From positions 90,396,001-90,460,000 of the forward strand of contig NC_058368.1 in NCBI RefSeq assembly GCF_018350175.1: 64,000 nt of DNA, given 5' to 3'. Within the stretch, counting starts at the first letter, position 1; every line of letters starts with the position of its first letter. Made by a program: the position numbers and the translations under genes. Positions 12,531 through 26,344 of the stretch are shown here, in pieces. The notes under the pieces were generated by a model. That model ran no database searches and had not been told where the DNA came from. It saw only the letters and a program-made list of their open reading frames with translations. The stretch is from Felis catus (lineage: Eukaryota).

Positions 12531-13444
12531 AAGTTCCCATAAGTGATCCCCAGTCCTGTCAAGAAAGACACACTACAGGGCACTGGGTGGCTCAGATGGT
12601 TGAGCGTCTCCTCTGGCTCTTTAGTTCAAGCCCCACGTTGGGCTTTGTGCTGTCAGTGCGAAGCCTAGTTTGGCTCCTCTGCCCCCTCTCCTGTCCCTCC
12701 CCCTGCTCACACAGGTGTGGTCTTTCAAAAATAAAATGACAAACAACTATCAGGTCATCTCTGGTTGCAACATCTTTGATTAAGGTGCTTACAGATTGTT
12801 TACAACATAGCAACAGAATGGTTACAAAGGGTTTCTTTAAAAGCAAGGACACTCGGGAAAGGAGAGAACTACAGTGGTTAACGACAGGCAGTATGCGTGA
12901 GCTCCAGCCTCCGTCCCCTCAGTCCCCCCTCCTGACCAGTCCCAGGCTGCACTAGTCTCCCCTCCTGCACTTGCTCCTCCTCCACCCCGACAGGAGACAG
13001 GATGTTGGCGGGACTCGTCTGAACTTGGAGCGGATCAGGTTTCTAGCAGAAAATCAACTACATGTCAGCATGTGAGTAGTGATTAAAAAAAGGCAGAAGG
13101 CCATTAGGCAAGACATTCTGGACTGCTGGTGTAATCCTGGTGGGGGGAGAACAGGAATATGCCACCATGTGGCCTCAGTGTCCTCCCCAGCAAGGACTTT
13201 CAATCTGCCCCAGGAAGCCTCCACGTACCCAAGGAAAGCTGGTAGACGTTTCTCAGACATTGGCACACACGCTGGGGTCTCCTCCTCTCACTTGTTCTCC
13301 TGCCCTATATGGCTTCATGCATCCCCGCCCCCCAGATTCTGGAAGAATACAGAGGAACTGGCCATTACAGAGGCCCTGCTGTTCTACACTAGCTCAAAAC
13401 AACTATGAGACAAGAAAGGGGACAGAACAAGTGAGCAAAAGCTG

Positions 13445-13991
<547 letters not shown>

Positions 13992-14381
13992 CCCTGAGGC
14001 AGAGAACATATATACAAATCTGGCCCACAGCCAGGTTTTCACCTGTTTTACCATTTCAAACATTGTCGTCTTGTGACCATAACGAACAAAGCAATAGGTC
14101 AGCTGCCTTTCCTACTCAATGCACCCGGGGCTGCGCAGTCCTCACGTGGCCCTACCACCAGGCACACCACCCTCCACAGGTCGGCCTTCCCGGCTCCTGT
14201 AGGAGCTCTGAGATCGACATTTCCCTCAGGGAAATGGAAGGTGGACTTTGAATCCACTTCTAGGGGCACGTGGCGGTGCCAGAGCCTTGAAATCCCACAG
14301 CCTTCATGACTCTGGAAGCTAAAGGGAGGGGACTAGATGCTCTGAAGGATAAAGATAGAAATATAAAACTTTTTGAAATCA

Positions 14382-14597
<216 letters not shown>

Positions 14598-14689
14598 TCA
14601 TGAGCACACAAGGACCCACCCACAGCCCCAGTTCCTGGGAGAGGCAGGTGTGGACAAAGGGCAAGGAAAGTTCTCTAGCAGAGGGCTCA

Positions 14690-15067
<378 letters not shown>

Positions 15068-18000
15068 TTACAGAGCCCTTCCATGTTCAGTCCCCCTGAG
15101 CGTCACGGGTCAGGACAGAGTGGGATCTGCTACGCTCCACAGTCACACAGACTGAGCAGGACCAGGCAGATGGATGGTCATCTCTTTATCTTCAAGATCC
15201 CAAGGGCTGACTGCTCCCAATATCCTGGCTTCTAGAAAAACTCTGCTGACTTGTCCACCTCATTGGACCTTTCTCTTCTTCCAACTTATGGAAACTTTAA
15301 TCTCCGCTAACATCCCAGGTCAGCTTTGGAGCCAGAAACCCCATAAAGAGATCTTGTCTTTCCCTAAATGTGTGGGCAGCAGCTGTACGGTAGGCAGGGC
15401 CAAGCCCTAGGAATGGGGAGCCAAACCCCCAGGTGGCCAGGCTGTCCCAGCCACAGCACTGAGGACCACATGAAGCATCACACTTGTGTGTGGGGCCTGG
15501 TGATGTGAAAACCAGAGTATATGCTAGAATCCTGCTTAACTTTGTAAGGCTGGAAGCACAGGCCAGCAGGTCTCCTCTGGTCTCTCACACAGGCACATGC
15601 TCACTGAGGACCCGGAAGGTGGTCCCTGGTGCTCTTTTTTAAGTTTGTTTTTGAGAGAAGAGTGACAACACACCAGCAGGAAGGGCAGAGACAGATGGGC
15701 AGAGGATCTGAAGCGAACTCTGCACAGAGAGAAGCAAGCCCAATGTGGGGCTCAAACTCAACAACCATGAGATCACGACCTGAGTCAGACACTTAACTGA
15801 CAGCTACCCAGACGCCAGGCTGTGTTTCTAACTAATTTATCAAAGGACGACACGCCCACGGCTTAGAGTTTAGAGTCAGCTCCTAAAGGCTATCTCAAAG
15901 ACTCCCTGTCCCCCACCACAGCCTGCCCACTCCCAAAAGACAGCTTTCAATCCACACTGCTCTTCCTTGTTGGCTTCTTATTCTAGATCCACTTACCTCC
16001 CCTTCCCCTATGCTTTCAAAACTTTTAGTGACAACATTGTGTTTATATTAATGCCACTATATAAATATTGTTCTTTCCCAGCCCAAATACTGAACTTATT
16101 TCCTTCTAGTTTTTTTGTTTGTTTGTTTTTTCCTTTTGCAATATTAACGACACTCACTTTTCTCATTTACTGACTCTCTCCGTATTCTGCCAACAGCTCT
16201 ATGGAATTTTCTACGTGGGTTAAGTGCCAGATACCCCTGCAAGTCCAGTTTTTCCCTGGAAACCATCCCTCTAGCACCACCCCCGGCACTGCCCCATGCT
16301 GACAGCTCCCTGGGCCAGAGGCACAGCTATGCTGCACCTGCCTCTCCTCTCCCACCTGACGCCTCCCCATCTTGCTCATGTTTTGGGTCCCGTATTTTGA
16401 GCACCTTCCTCGTTCTGTGTTTATGTCTTCATTTTGTTGGGTTGGGGAGGGTCTGAGCCAAGGAAGATGACTAAGACCTTGCATACCTGAAAACAACTTT
16501 GTTCTGCCCTCACACTTGACAATCAGGTGGGGGTAGCTCTCTTGGTTGAAAAACCATTTCAACTCAGGCTTTTGAGGTCACTGGTTGTTCCATGGTCTTC
16601 CAGCTTCCAGTGCTGGCTCTTTGAACTCTCCAGTTTTTAGGATAACCTGGAGCATTTCCAGAGCCTCCCTTTATCCAAAGGGCTCTGAAACCAGGCAATA
16701 AGCTCTGGTGTGGGGTTTTTGGTCATTGTCCAAGACAACTGGGGTCCCCTTCAACCCAGAGGTTAATGTCCTTAGTGCTGAGATGCTCTTACATTCTTTG
16801 CTCATTTCCTTCCTTCAGTTTTGTCTGTTCTTTCTAGCATTTCTATTATTCATCCTATACTGGGCCTCCAGGATCAATCCTCAAATCTTCTCACTTTTTC
16901 CCTCTTCTCATCTCTATTTGTTTTGCTTCTGGAATATTTCCTCAAAATGACCTGAAAATCTAAGCCCCCTTCTGAGGTCTTTGTTATTTTTCTTCTGGAT
17001 TCTAAGAACATTCTTATCTGTTCTTATCTTGGAGCGCACCTGGTGGCTCAGTCTGTCTTTGGCTCAGATCATGATCTCACGGTTTGGAAGTTCAAGCCCC
17101 ACGTCGGACTCGCTGTCCGTGTGGAGTCCACCTCGTATCCTGTCTCCCTCTGCCTCTTCCTTGCTCACACGTGAGCTCCCTCTCTCTCAAAAATAAACAT
17201 TAAAAAAAATTTTTTTTAATCTGTTGTCATTTTATGGTATCCTATTCTTTTTTCAAGGATAGAAATATATTTTTGTATCTCACTGAGGATGTTAACATTC
17301 TTTTTCCTGTAATGTCCTTTCCCAAGTTCCTTCTTGTCCATGTGCTGAGATTTTCCCAAATGGTCGGTGATCCATGGCAGTCGATCCTAGTGAGGCACTC
17401 CTTGTGGGGCCAGGGCCATCATTCACTTCCCTCTGCAGGGTGACTGGGTGTATGGCCAGGCATCAGGATCCTAGGCAGCAGAGCTGCGGGACTCTGCTCC
17501 AGCATGCTCGGCCTCCCCTGAGCAGGGACTCCCTAGCGCCTGCTAGAGACCCACTGCTCATTCATGGTGCCCAATTCCAGGCTGTGGACACAGGGCAGGG
17601 TAAGGTAATAGTGTCCTTAAGGCTAAAGCTTCCCTGGGTCCAGCAATTAAACATCAGGTCTTGTGCATGGGTTGGCAAGGGCCACTATCTGGCTGACCAG
17701 CCAGTGATCTCTACGTGATCCCGGAACAGTGGTCTTAACTGCTCCTTGGCCTCTCCTGGACCCTGAGAGGCCATCTTGCCTCTCACCAGTATTCCTGTGC
17801 AGGATGTGGGCTTCTGATGCCTCCACTGTTGGTTACTACCCTCCATCCATTTCCCACCTTCCAAAGTTTGATGTCACCTCATCTTGTCCCCTATCATTTT
17901 TTCACCATGTTGTTTAATCCCTTTACTGTTATTTTGGTAGAGTTTGAGGACCAAACAGAGATAAAGACAGGCTTAGCTACCAATACCCACCCCCCCATCT

Positions 18001-20470
18001 GCCATAGTTAAGCTGTTTTTACCCTACTATCCTCCAATATTTCATCATGAAAGGTTCCAACAAACAGAAAATTTGGAACAGTACAATGAACACCCACATA
18101 CTCTCACTTTTCTCTATGGATGAACGATGGGACTTCTGTCAATGAACGAGAGATTCTAGAAGCCAAGTTCTCCAACTGATGATAACCTGACACTTAGGGG
18201 CTTACAATATGTACCACAGTCTGTGCCCTGCTTCCCCTAAAGCCTCTGTGTGGGGAAGGGTTTTCTCAAGTCCTGGACGTCAGGGACTGCAAACTCAGGC
18301 CAGGAACAGTCCTGGGACTCAGCGGTAGACCTGCTCAGCTGGTTCTCATGGCACCTACCAAAAAAGGCCTTGGAGTTTTACTTTAAAGCCGCTGAGTCAC
18401 TGCACATAGACTGCCCTCTGGGAGGTATTAACGGCTGTCCCTGGGCCCCTGCTCTGGGAACAGTCCCTTCTCGGCCGTTGGCAGTATGAGTCATCCTAGC
18501 CATCAGGTACTCATGAGAAAGGAAGATACCTACAACAGCAGAGCTTAATCAATTCCTCAAGTGGCTCTCTGGGACTGAAATTACTCAAAGGCATATTTAC
18601 TGAAACTTTACTTGTTTTGTAGAGCTCTAGGCTCCTCCCTAGCTGTAGAAAGCAACTCCACCCACTTTGAAAGACTTAAAAAGGGCCTTTACCCTTATCC
18701 CAAAACACCTGGGCAGTGCCAAAATTATTCCCAGATGTCTTGAGTGGGGCACCCAGGTCAAGGTCTGAAACATGCCACAAGCTCAGATGGGTCTCCGGAC
18801 GGACAGCAAGTGTGACCCAGAGTGGCCTGGGAAGCCTTCAAAACAGACCCCAGGCCCTACCCAAGACCCATTTACCAGAATCAAAAAAGTGGACCTGAGA
18901 CTCTACACTGTTCCAAAGTTCCCTACCTGAACCTAAACTTGGCTTTAGGACTCGCCAGCTTGTCTTGTTCGTTCTTTTTAGTGAAGGACTTTGTTCTTCA
19001 GAGTCCTTTAGTAACATTCCCATACAACAAAATCTATACCCCAAAAACCCGTGTTGGTGATTCTGATGCTCAGCCAGGCTAGAGAACCACTGCCCATTAA
19101 CTGTCTTCCAAAAAGAAGCTTCCCGTGCCCCTAAATCCCAGCCTTTGGAGGACCATCTCTCAAAATACCCAGTGCCTTCACACTCTCAACACCACGTTGT
19201 AAGTGAGTGGCAGCTGGGGTTTAGCACTAGCTTATCTCTTGATTTGATGCCCCTTATAAAGCATTAACAACATTAGTTCTTTTCTCTCCCTCAAGTGCCT
19301 GAAACTCCAGTACAAAAACAGTATGCGGCCTGAGGTGTTGACGGGCAGCAATGCCAGGACATCACTGCTGCCGCAAAGCTGCGTTCTGGGCTGAAGGAGT
19401 GGGAGCTGGGGTGCTCTCACAATGGAGGTGAGGGCAGTCATGCCTCCCCTTCCACCAGCATCCTTTCAGACACTGGACATGACTTCTAGACCATCTGTGT
19501 GGGCACTTCCTGCCACTGCAGTCACAAAGCAGGGCACTTCTAGTCAGAGATTATGGAGCCACTATAATCTTGTCACCTTTGTAGTGGGCTATCACTGCCA
19601 CAAAGCCCTGTCTGGAAGCCCCCACATCAAGACCAGCAGATGCAGAAGGTACTTTCTAAAGCCTCAGGCCAGGGGCACCTGGGTGGCTCAGTCGGTTAAA
19701 CCTCAGACTTCAGCTCAGGTCATGATTCACAGTTCCTGAGTTCAAACCCCACATCAGACTCTGTGCTAGCTGCAGGGAGCCTGCTTGGGATTCTCTCTCT
19801 TTCTCTCTCTGCCTGTCCCCCACTCACCAGCATGTGCACACTCTCCGAAATAAACTTAAAAAAAAATTACAAAAATAAATAGATAAAGCCTAGGGCCAGT
19901 CACACCACCAGGAAGGTACTCGCTGTGGTTCACCCATGGAGAAACCTCACATCTGTGAAATCCAGTGTCACACAGAACTCCTTATCACACACTGCTCCCC
20001 AGCTCGAGCACAAGCCAGGCACGTAAGGAAGCACCCAGAAAAGCTGGGGTAGCAGAAAAAGGGGGGGGGGGGGTAGAGGGGAGAAAAAAAGAAACAGCAT
20101 CTCAGCTAACTGCTCACTTAAGTCCTTGGGTAAACCTGAGACTCACGTTCGGGGAAAGTGCAGAGTGCCCTTTGTGGGAAGAACTATCTGAAGTTGACAG
20201 GCCAGCCCTGCAGCTGAGCCTCTTGGGATTATCCCAACCACACACTCACTGCTTCCAATTCACACCACGTGGAAAGCTCAAGAATTTGTCAGGGATTTCA
20301 ACTGAGTGACCTGGGGTGCAGCACATGGCAAAGGTCAAGGTGAGCCAACAGATGCTCACCAGTATCAAGGGCACAGCAGTGACAACTCCTCTACAGTGTC
20401 CCAGGGGCAAGCCACCAGACAGCCACCCACTAGTTCTCGAAACACTGCTGTCAAAGGACAAAGACAGCTA

Positions 20471-20593
<123 letters not shown>

Positions 20594-20955
20594 TCAAAGC
20601 ATGTTTCTCAGTGACTTGAACACCTGTTGCAATCCTATCAAGTTCATCATGGGTCCCCTCTATCCCCAGGGGCCTTGTCCTGGCAGCCCCCCCTCACTCT
20701 CTCCCACTCTCGGCCCCTTTGTGACCCTGGTGCTCAGATACCTGTGGGGGATTCAGTACACGCAGTAGAAAAAATGGACCACGTTCTAGCTCAAACCACA
20801 TCAAAAAAACAAACATCCCCATCTTTGTTCCAAAGGTTGAGGTAAATCGAAGGACAGTTAATAAAATCAGAATAAAACCAAAATCCAAAAATCTAGAACA
20901 CAAGCCACATGTAAGTTAACTTTGTGATTGTGTTCAAAAAGACTTGAGTGTGGGT

Positions 20956-21512
20956 GGGTGCCTGGGTGCCTCAGCTGGTTGAGTGTTTGACTCTTGGTTG
21001 GTTTTGGCTCAGGTCATGAACTCATGACCCATAGGATCAAGCCCCATGTCAGGCTCCAGTGTGGAGCTTACTTGGGACTCTCTGCCCCTCCCCTGCTCTC
21101 TCTCAAAATAAGCCAAACGTTTAAAAAAAAAAAAAAAAAAGGAAAAGAGAAAGAAAAAAATAAAAAAAGACTTGAGCAGAGGCACCTGGATAGCTCAGTC
21201 AGTACAGCATGGGACTTTTGATCCCAGGGTCAAGTTCAAGCTGCATGTTGGGTGTAGACCTTACTTTAGAAAAAGGGGGGGCGTTGGGGTGCTCAGTCAC
21301 TTAAGCATCTGACTCTTAATTTCAGCTCAGGTCATGATCTCAGCTTCGTGGGACTGAGCCCCACATCAAGCTCTGCACCGACACGTGCATCCTGCTTGGC
21401 ATTCTCTCTCCCCTGCCCCGTCTACCCCTCCCCAGCTCATGCTGTCTCTCAAAATAAATATATAAACTTTAAGTAAGTAAGTAAGTAAGTAAATAAATAA
21501 ATAAATAAATAA
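20956..21512 (+). mobile_element. Three tandem Can-SINEs in SQSTM1 intron 4
   Basis: Three SINE heads with A-rich and (TAAG)n(TAAA)n tails. Confidence 0.85.
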
Positions 21513-21923
21513 AAGCCTTGAGCAGATTTGGCTGATTTTGCTGGCAGCCAACACAAAAGCAGCAGTGGGCATATCACAGAGGTGTGGGAGCTCTCAGGGC
21601 CTCCCTGCCTGTAGGTGAGGGCCACCTCAGAAGGGCAGCATTGTGAGGCAGAAGCTGGGGGAAGATTACAGCTGATCACGCCTGGGCCGTGGCTAGATTC
21701 AGTGCAGGTGAGTTACTGGCCTTGGGCACTTAGGTGCCTCAGTTTTCCGGCTATGAAATGAAGACAATGTCCCCCCACTTTGCAGGGTTTGTTAGGATCA
21801 AATGCCATGAACAGCTGTGAAGTGCCTGCCGGGCCACAGGCCCAGCAGCAGACTCTGGACTTGGGGACGGCCCTCTGGCTCCACCAGCCCTGCCATCTCA
21901 CCCTTCAGAAGCCGGCAGACTCA

Positions 21924-22460
<537 letters not shown>

Positions 22461-22874
22461 TCACCACCATAGGGCTTTCAGTTAGCAGGCCCCAGCCCTA
22501 CTCTCCAGAGTCCCTGCAGAACTCAGCTGTTCAAGTGACAGTAACAAAGGGACCTGAGAAACTGCCAGGAGGTTCCTGGTCTTTGTGCTGGTTACCCAGA
22601 TGAGCGAGAAGTGGCAGGGAGCTGTGTCCACACAGCTTTGGCCTTGCCCCATATTACAATAAACCCCACAGCACCCCCAAAACTGTCCCAGCCCAAGGCA
22701 CTTGGTCTAGGCATAATCAAGAATGAACCCAGAGATCCTCAGGCCCCACCCCATGCGGTGGACAGACTCCTTTCTCGGGCCAAGCACAGTGATGATTAAG
22801 TCTTGGTTTCAACCCACAGGTTCTTTCCCCCTCCCACTCTGAAGGGATTTCTCAAAAATCTCAAGCTGACCTTA

Positions 22875-23159
<285 letters not shown>

Positions 23160-23599
23160 TCAGAATGCCCTTTCACTCCCCACTGCCTGGAAGGTAAGCA
23201 CCCCAACATGGGCCGTGGACGCCCACGGGAGACAGAGCATGTGTTCGTAGGGACAGCTGGCCACCTGCTCTGCCTTTAAGCCAGCTGTCCTGTAAACAGG
23301 TGCTGCCTCGGTCCACTTCTGACCACGCTTTAGACCCATCTTCAACTGCAGGAGATCCATACCTGTGATGGGTTCCTAGGGGCCCAGCCCTTCCAAAGGC
23401 CTTGGGCCTCTTGTGGTTTAGGTCTGCCTACTTCCTGCTCCAATGAAGCTAAAGTATCTGTACGTACTCTTGCATTTTTAGACTTAGATTTAGCTAATGG
23501 TGTTCAAGTCCCACCACGTAGGCCAAACCACACAGTACATTACACCATGCAGACTGGGCCAGCAGATGAAACGTCCACCACAAGAACAGGGGCAGGATA

Positions 23600-24030
23600 T
23601 CATAAGGTGATTAACCAAAATATCCATCAACTAATGAATGCATAAACAAAATGTGGTATGTCCGTAAAATGGGAGACTATTCATCACAAAAAGGAATTAA
23701 GTACTGAACTATGCTACAGCACATGTAAACTTTGAAAATGTTATGCTAAGAAGCCAGTCACCAAAGAATACATAATGGTCAGATTCCATGTACAGATTTA
23801 TGTGAAATGTCCAGAATAACGACTTCCATACAGAAAAAGATCAGTGGTTGCTTAGGGGTGAGGAGAACAGGAAGAGAGCCAAAGGGTACACTTCCTTTGT
23901 AATTTGATGAAAAGGTTCTGAAAACTGATGATAGTTGCACAAGTCGCTGAAAACTGTGCACGTTAAGTGGGTGAATTGTAAGTGAATTACAGCTCAATAA
24001 AGTCATCACAAAACAAAACAAAACAATCCA
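23600..24030 (+). mobile_element. Old L1M 3' end fragment
   Basis: tatccatcaactaatgaatgcataaacaaaatgtggtatgtcc...ctcaataaa. Confidence 0.75.
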
Positions 24031-24616
24031 GAAGCGGGCAGACCAGCTGGCAGCACTCCTAAGGGAGGTCCCGGCGCTGCCCCTCCCCAGGGGCCGGCCT
24101 TGGCTGCCCGCCTCCCTCCCAGCCACAACCACTTCCCCACCCCACCCACCAGCAGCCACCAGTCACACCAGCGCAGCAAGAAACTGAGCTGGTTCCCGGG
24201 CTTCTGTCCCTCCACCGACGCTTCTGAAGAATGTTTTGCTTTTGGCCCTCTGTCCACTGCCAGGGAGACAGTGTGCGCACTCGTCAGCCAGGCAGCCCTG
24301 CCTGAGCCCTCGCACCCCCGCGCTCATTCTCCCGTCTCACTTCTGCCCCCGGCCGGCCCTTCCCGGGCCCTATCTGAACCCCCACCCGGCCCTAGCCAGC
24401 CCAGATTCGGCAGCCACAGGATGTCAGCGTAACCTGAGTGCCCGCCGGGAGCCGGCTAGGACGCCCCCACGCGCCCTTGCCAAGATCTGCGACGTCACGG
24501 CGGGGGGAGGGGCGGCGCCCTGCGCCCCCGGGCCTGAAACCCACCGAGAGAGCCTTGCAGCACCGGGCCCAGAATTGCGCCCGAGGCCGACTCGACGCCC
24601 ACCCAGACAGCGGTTA

Positions 24617-25189
<573 letters not shown>

Positions 25190-25335
25190 TCAATGTCGGC
25201 TTGGGGTGTCCTTAGCGCACCCCAAGAGACCGGCCTAGGACTCCGACATCTAGGCCGGGACCATGGCATCCTCACCTGAGGGGAGGCACCCCGAAGGGGT
25301 CCCGCCCCAGAGCCCTCCCAGGCTTGGGCCGGGCG

Positions 25336-25346
25336 GTGACTCAGCA
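25336..25346 (+). promoter_or_regulatory. NRF2/sMAF antioxidant response element GTGACTCAGCA
   Basis: Perfect RTGACTCAGCA; SQSTM1 is an established NRF2 target. Confidence 0.7.
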
Positions 25347-25997
25347 AAGCAGAACGCAGGCCGCCGGGGATACCCAGCGCAACGGGAGGGGGCCCACAGA
25401 GGCCGGAAGCCCCAGGCCAGAACAAACTAGTCCCCTAGGTTCTGTCCCGAGTCTGCATTCTTCACAGCCTCCCGAAGCACTCGGCTTCCCGGGTGGCAGC
25501 CCGCTCCACCGCCCCCAGCATCCCCTATGACGGCCCCTTACTGGCTTGAGGGACATACCCCCAGCTCGGGCTTGAGCATCAGGGAGCTCCCAGTATAATA
25601 GAGGGTAAGGTTGAGCCCAGAGTCTCCTCACGCTCACCTGGCCGGAGGGCCAGCCAAGGCTTCCTGGAGCCTCGGTAGTCATTACGGGTTCACTGCAGCC
25701 CAGGGCGCTCCCCATGGGCAGCCAGGCACCCACCTGTCAGCGCAGAGCTCGGTTCAGCAGGTGGTGCCCCAAGGGCCTGTGTGGTCTCAGGCCTGTGGGT
25801 CTCACGGGCACCCCAGGGGTCAGACCAACAGCCCTCCAGCTAGTAACCAAGAAACACTGCTTCATGTGACAAAATCCACCTGTTCGCAAGGTCTGGAGGA
25901 AGCTGGGGTAGGGGGGGGGGGTCTTGGAAGGAGGTGGGCAGGAAGGGTATATCATCCCATGTCATCTCCCAGGTCGGGTCCTGTGAGAAGTCAGACC

Positions 25998-26007
25998 TGC
26001 TGAGTCA
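25998..26007 (-). promoter_or_regulatory. ARE core TGACTCAGCA
   Basis: TGCTGAGTCA on +. Confidence 0.6.
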
Positions 26008-26333
26008 AAATCCTGTCCTCTCATGGTGTGGTTTGTGGGAGCAGGTAAAACCTCAAGGGATGGGAAACCCAGAAGGGAAGGGTGGGTGGATTTGGCTCAG
26101 ATGTGAAGGGACCTGTCCACAGGTGTGCCTGGTCCTCCCCAGGGGTTCCAGACTAGGCAAGTCTTCACACCCCCGCCCAGGCCAAAGAAGCCCTTTTTGA
26201 GAGGATATACCCTCTCAGACCCCTTCCTGCATCCCTATTGGGAGCCTGGGAAACTGACCCAATGCCCCGTGCCCCGCAGACAGGGTCAGGGGGTGCCGGG
26301 CAGAAGCTGCAGGGCCCATAGGTGTCCATGGGG

Positions 26334-26344
26334 GTGACTCAGCA
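26334..26344 (+). promoter_or_regulatory. NRF2 ARE GTGACTCAGCA (distal)
   Basis: Perfect ARE about 1.4 kb upstream of the ATG, a position similar to the recalled functional human SQSTM1 ARE. Confidence 0.72.

Noticed and set aside
9446-12540. Recurrent peptides such as ERQSMNGGGAEREGDTESETGSRL
   Set aside because: Translations of Can-SINE copies, not a gene family or a CRISPR-like array.
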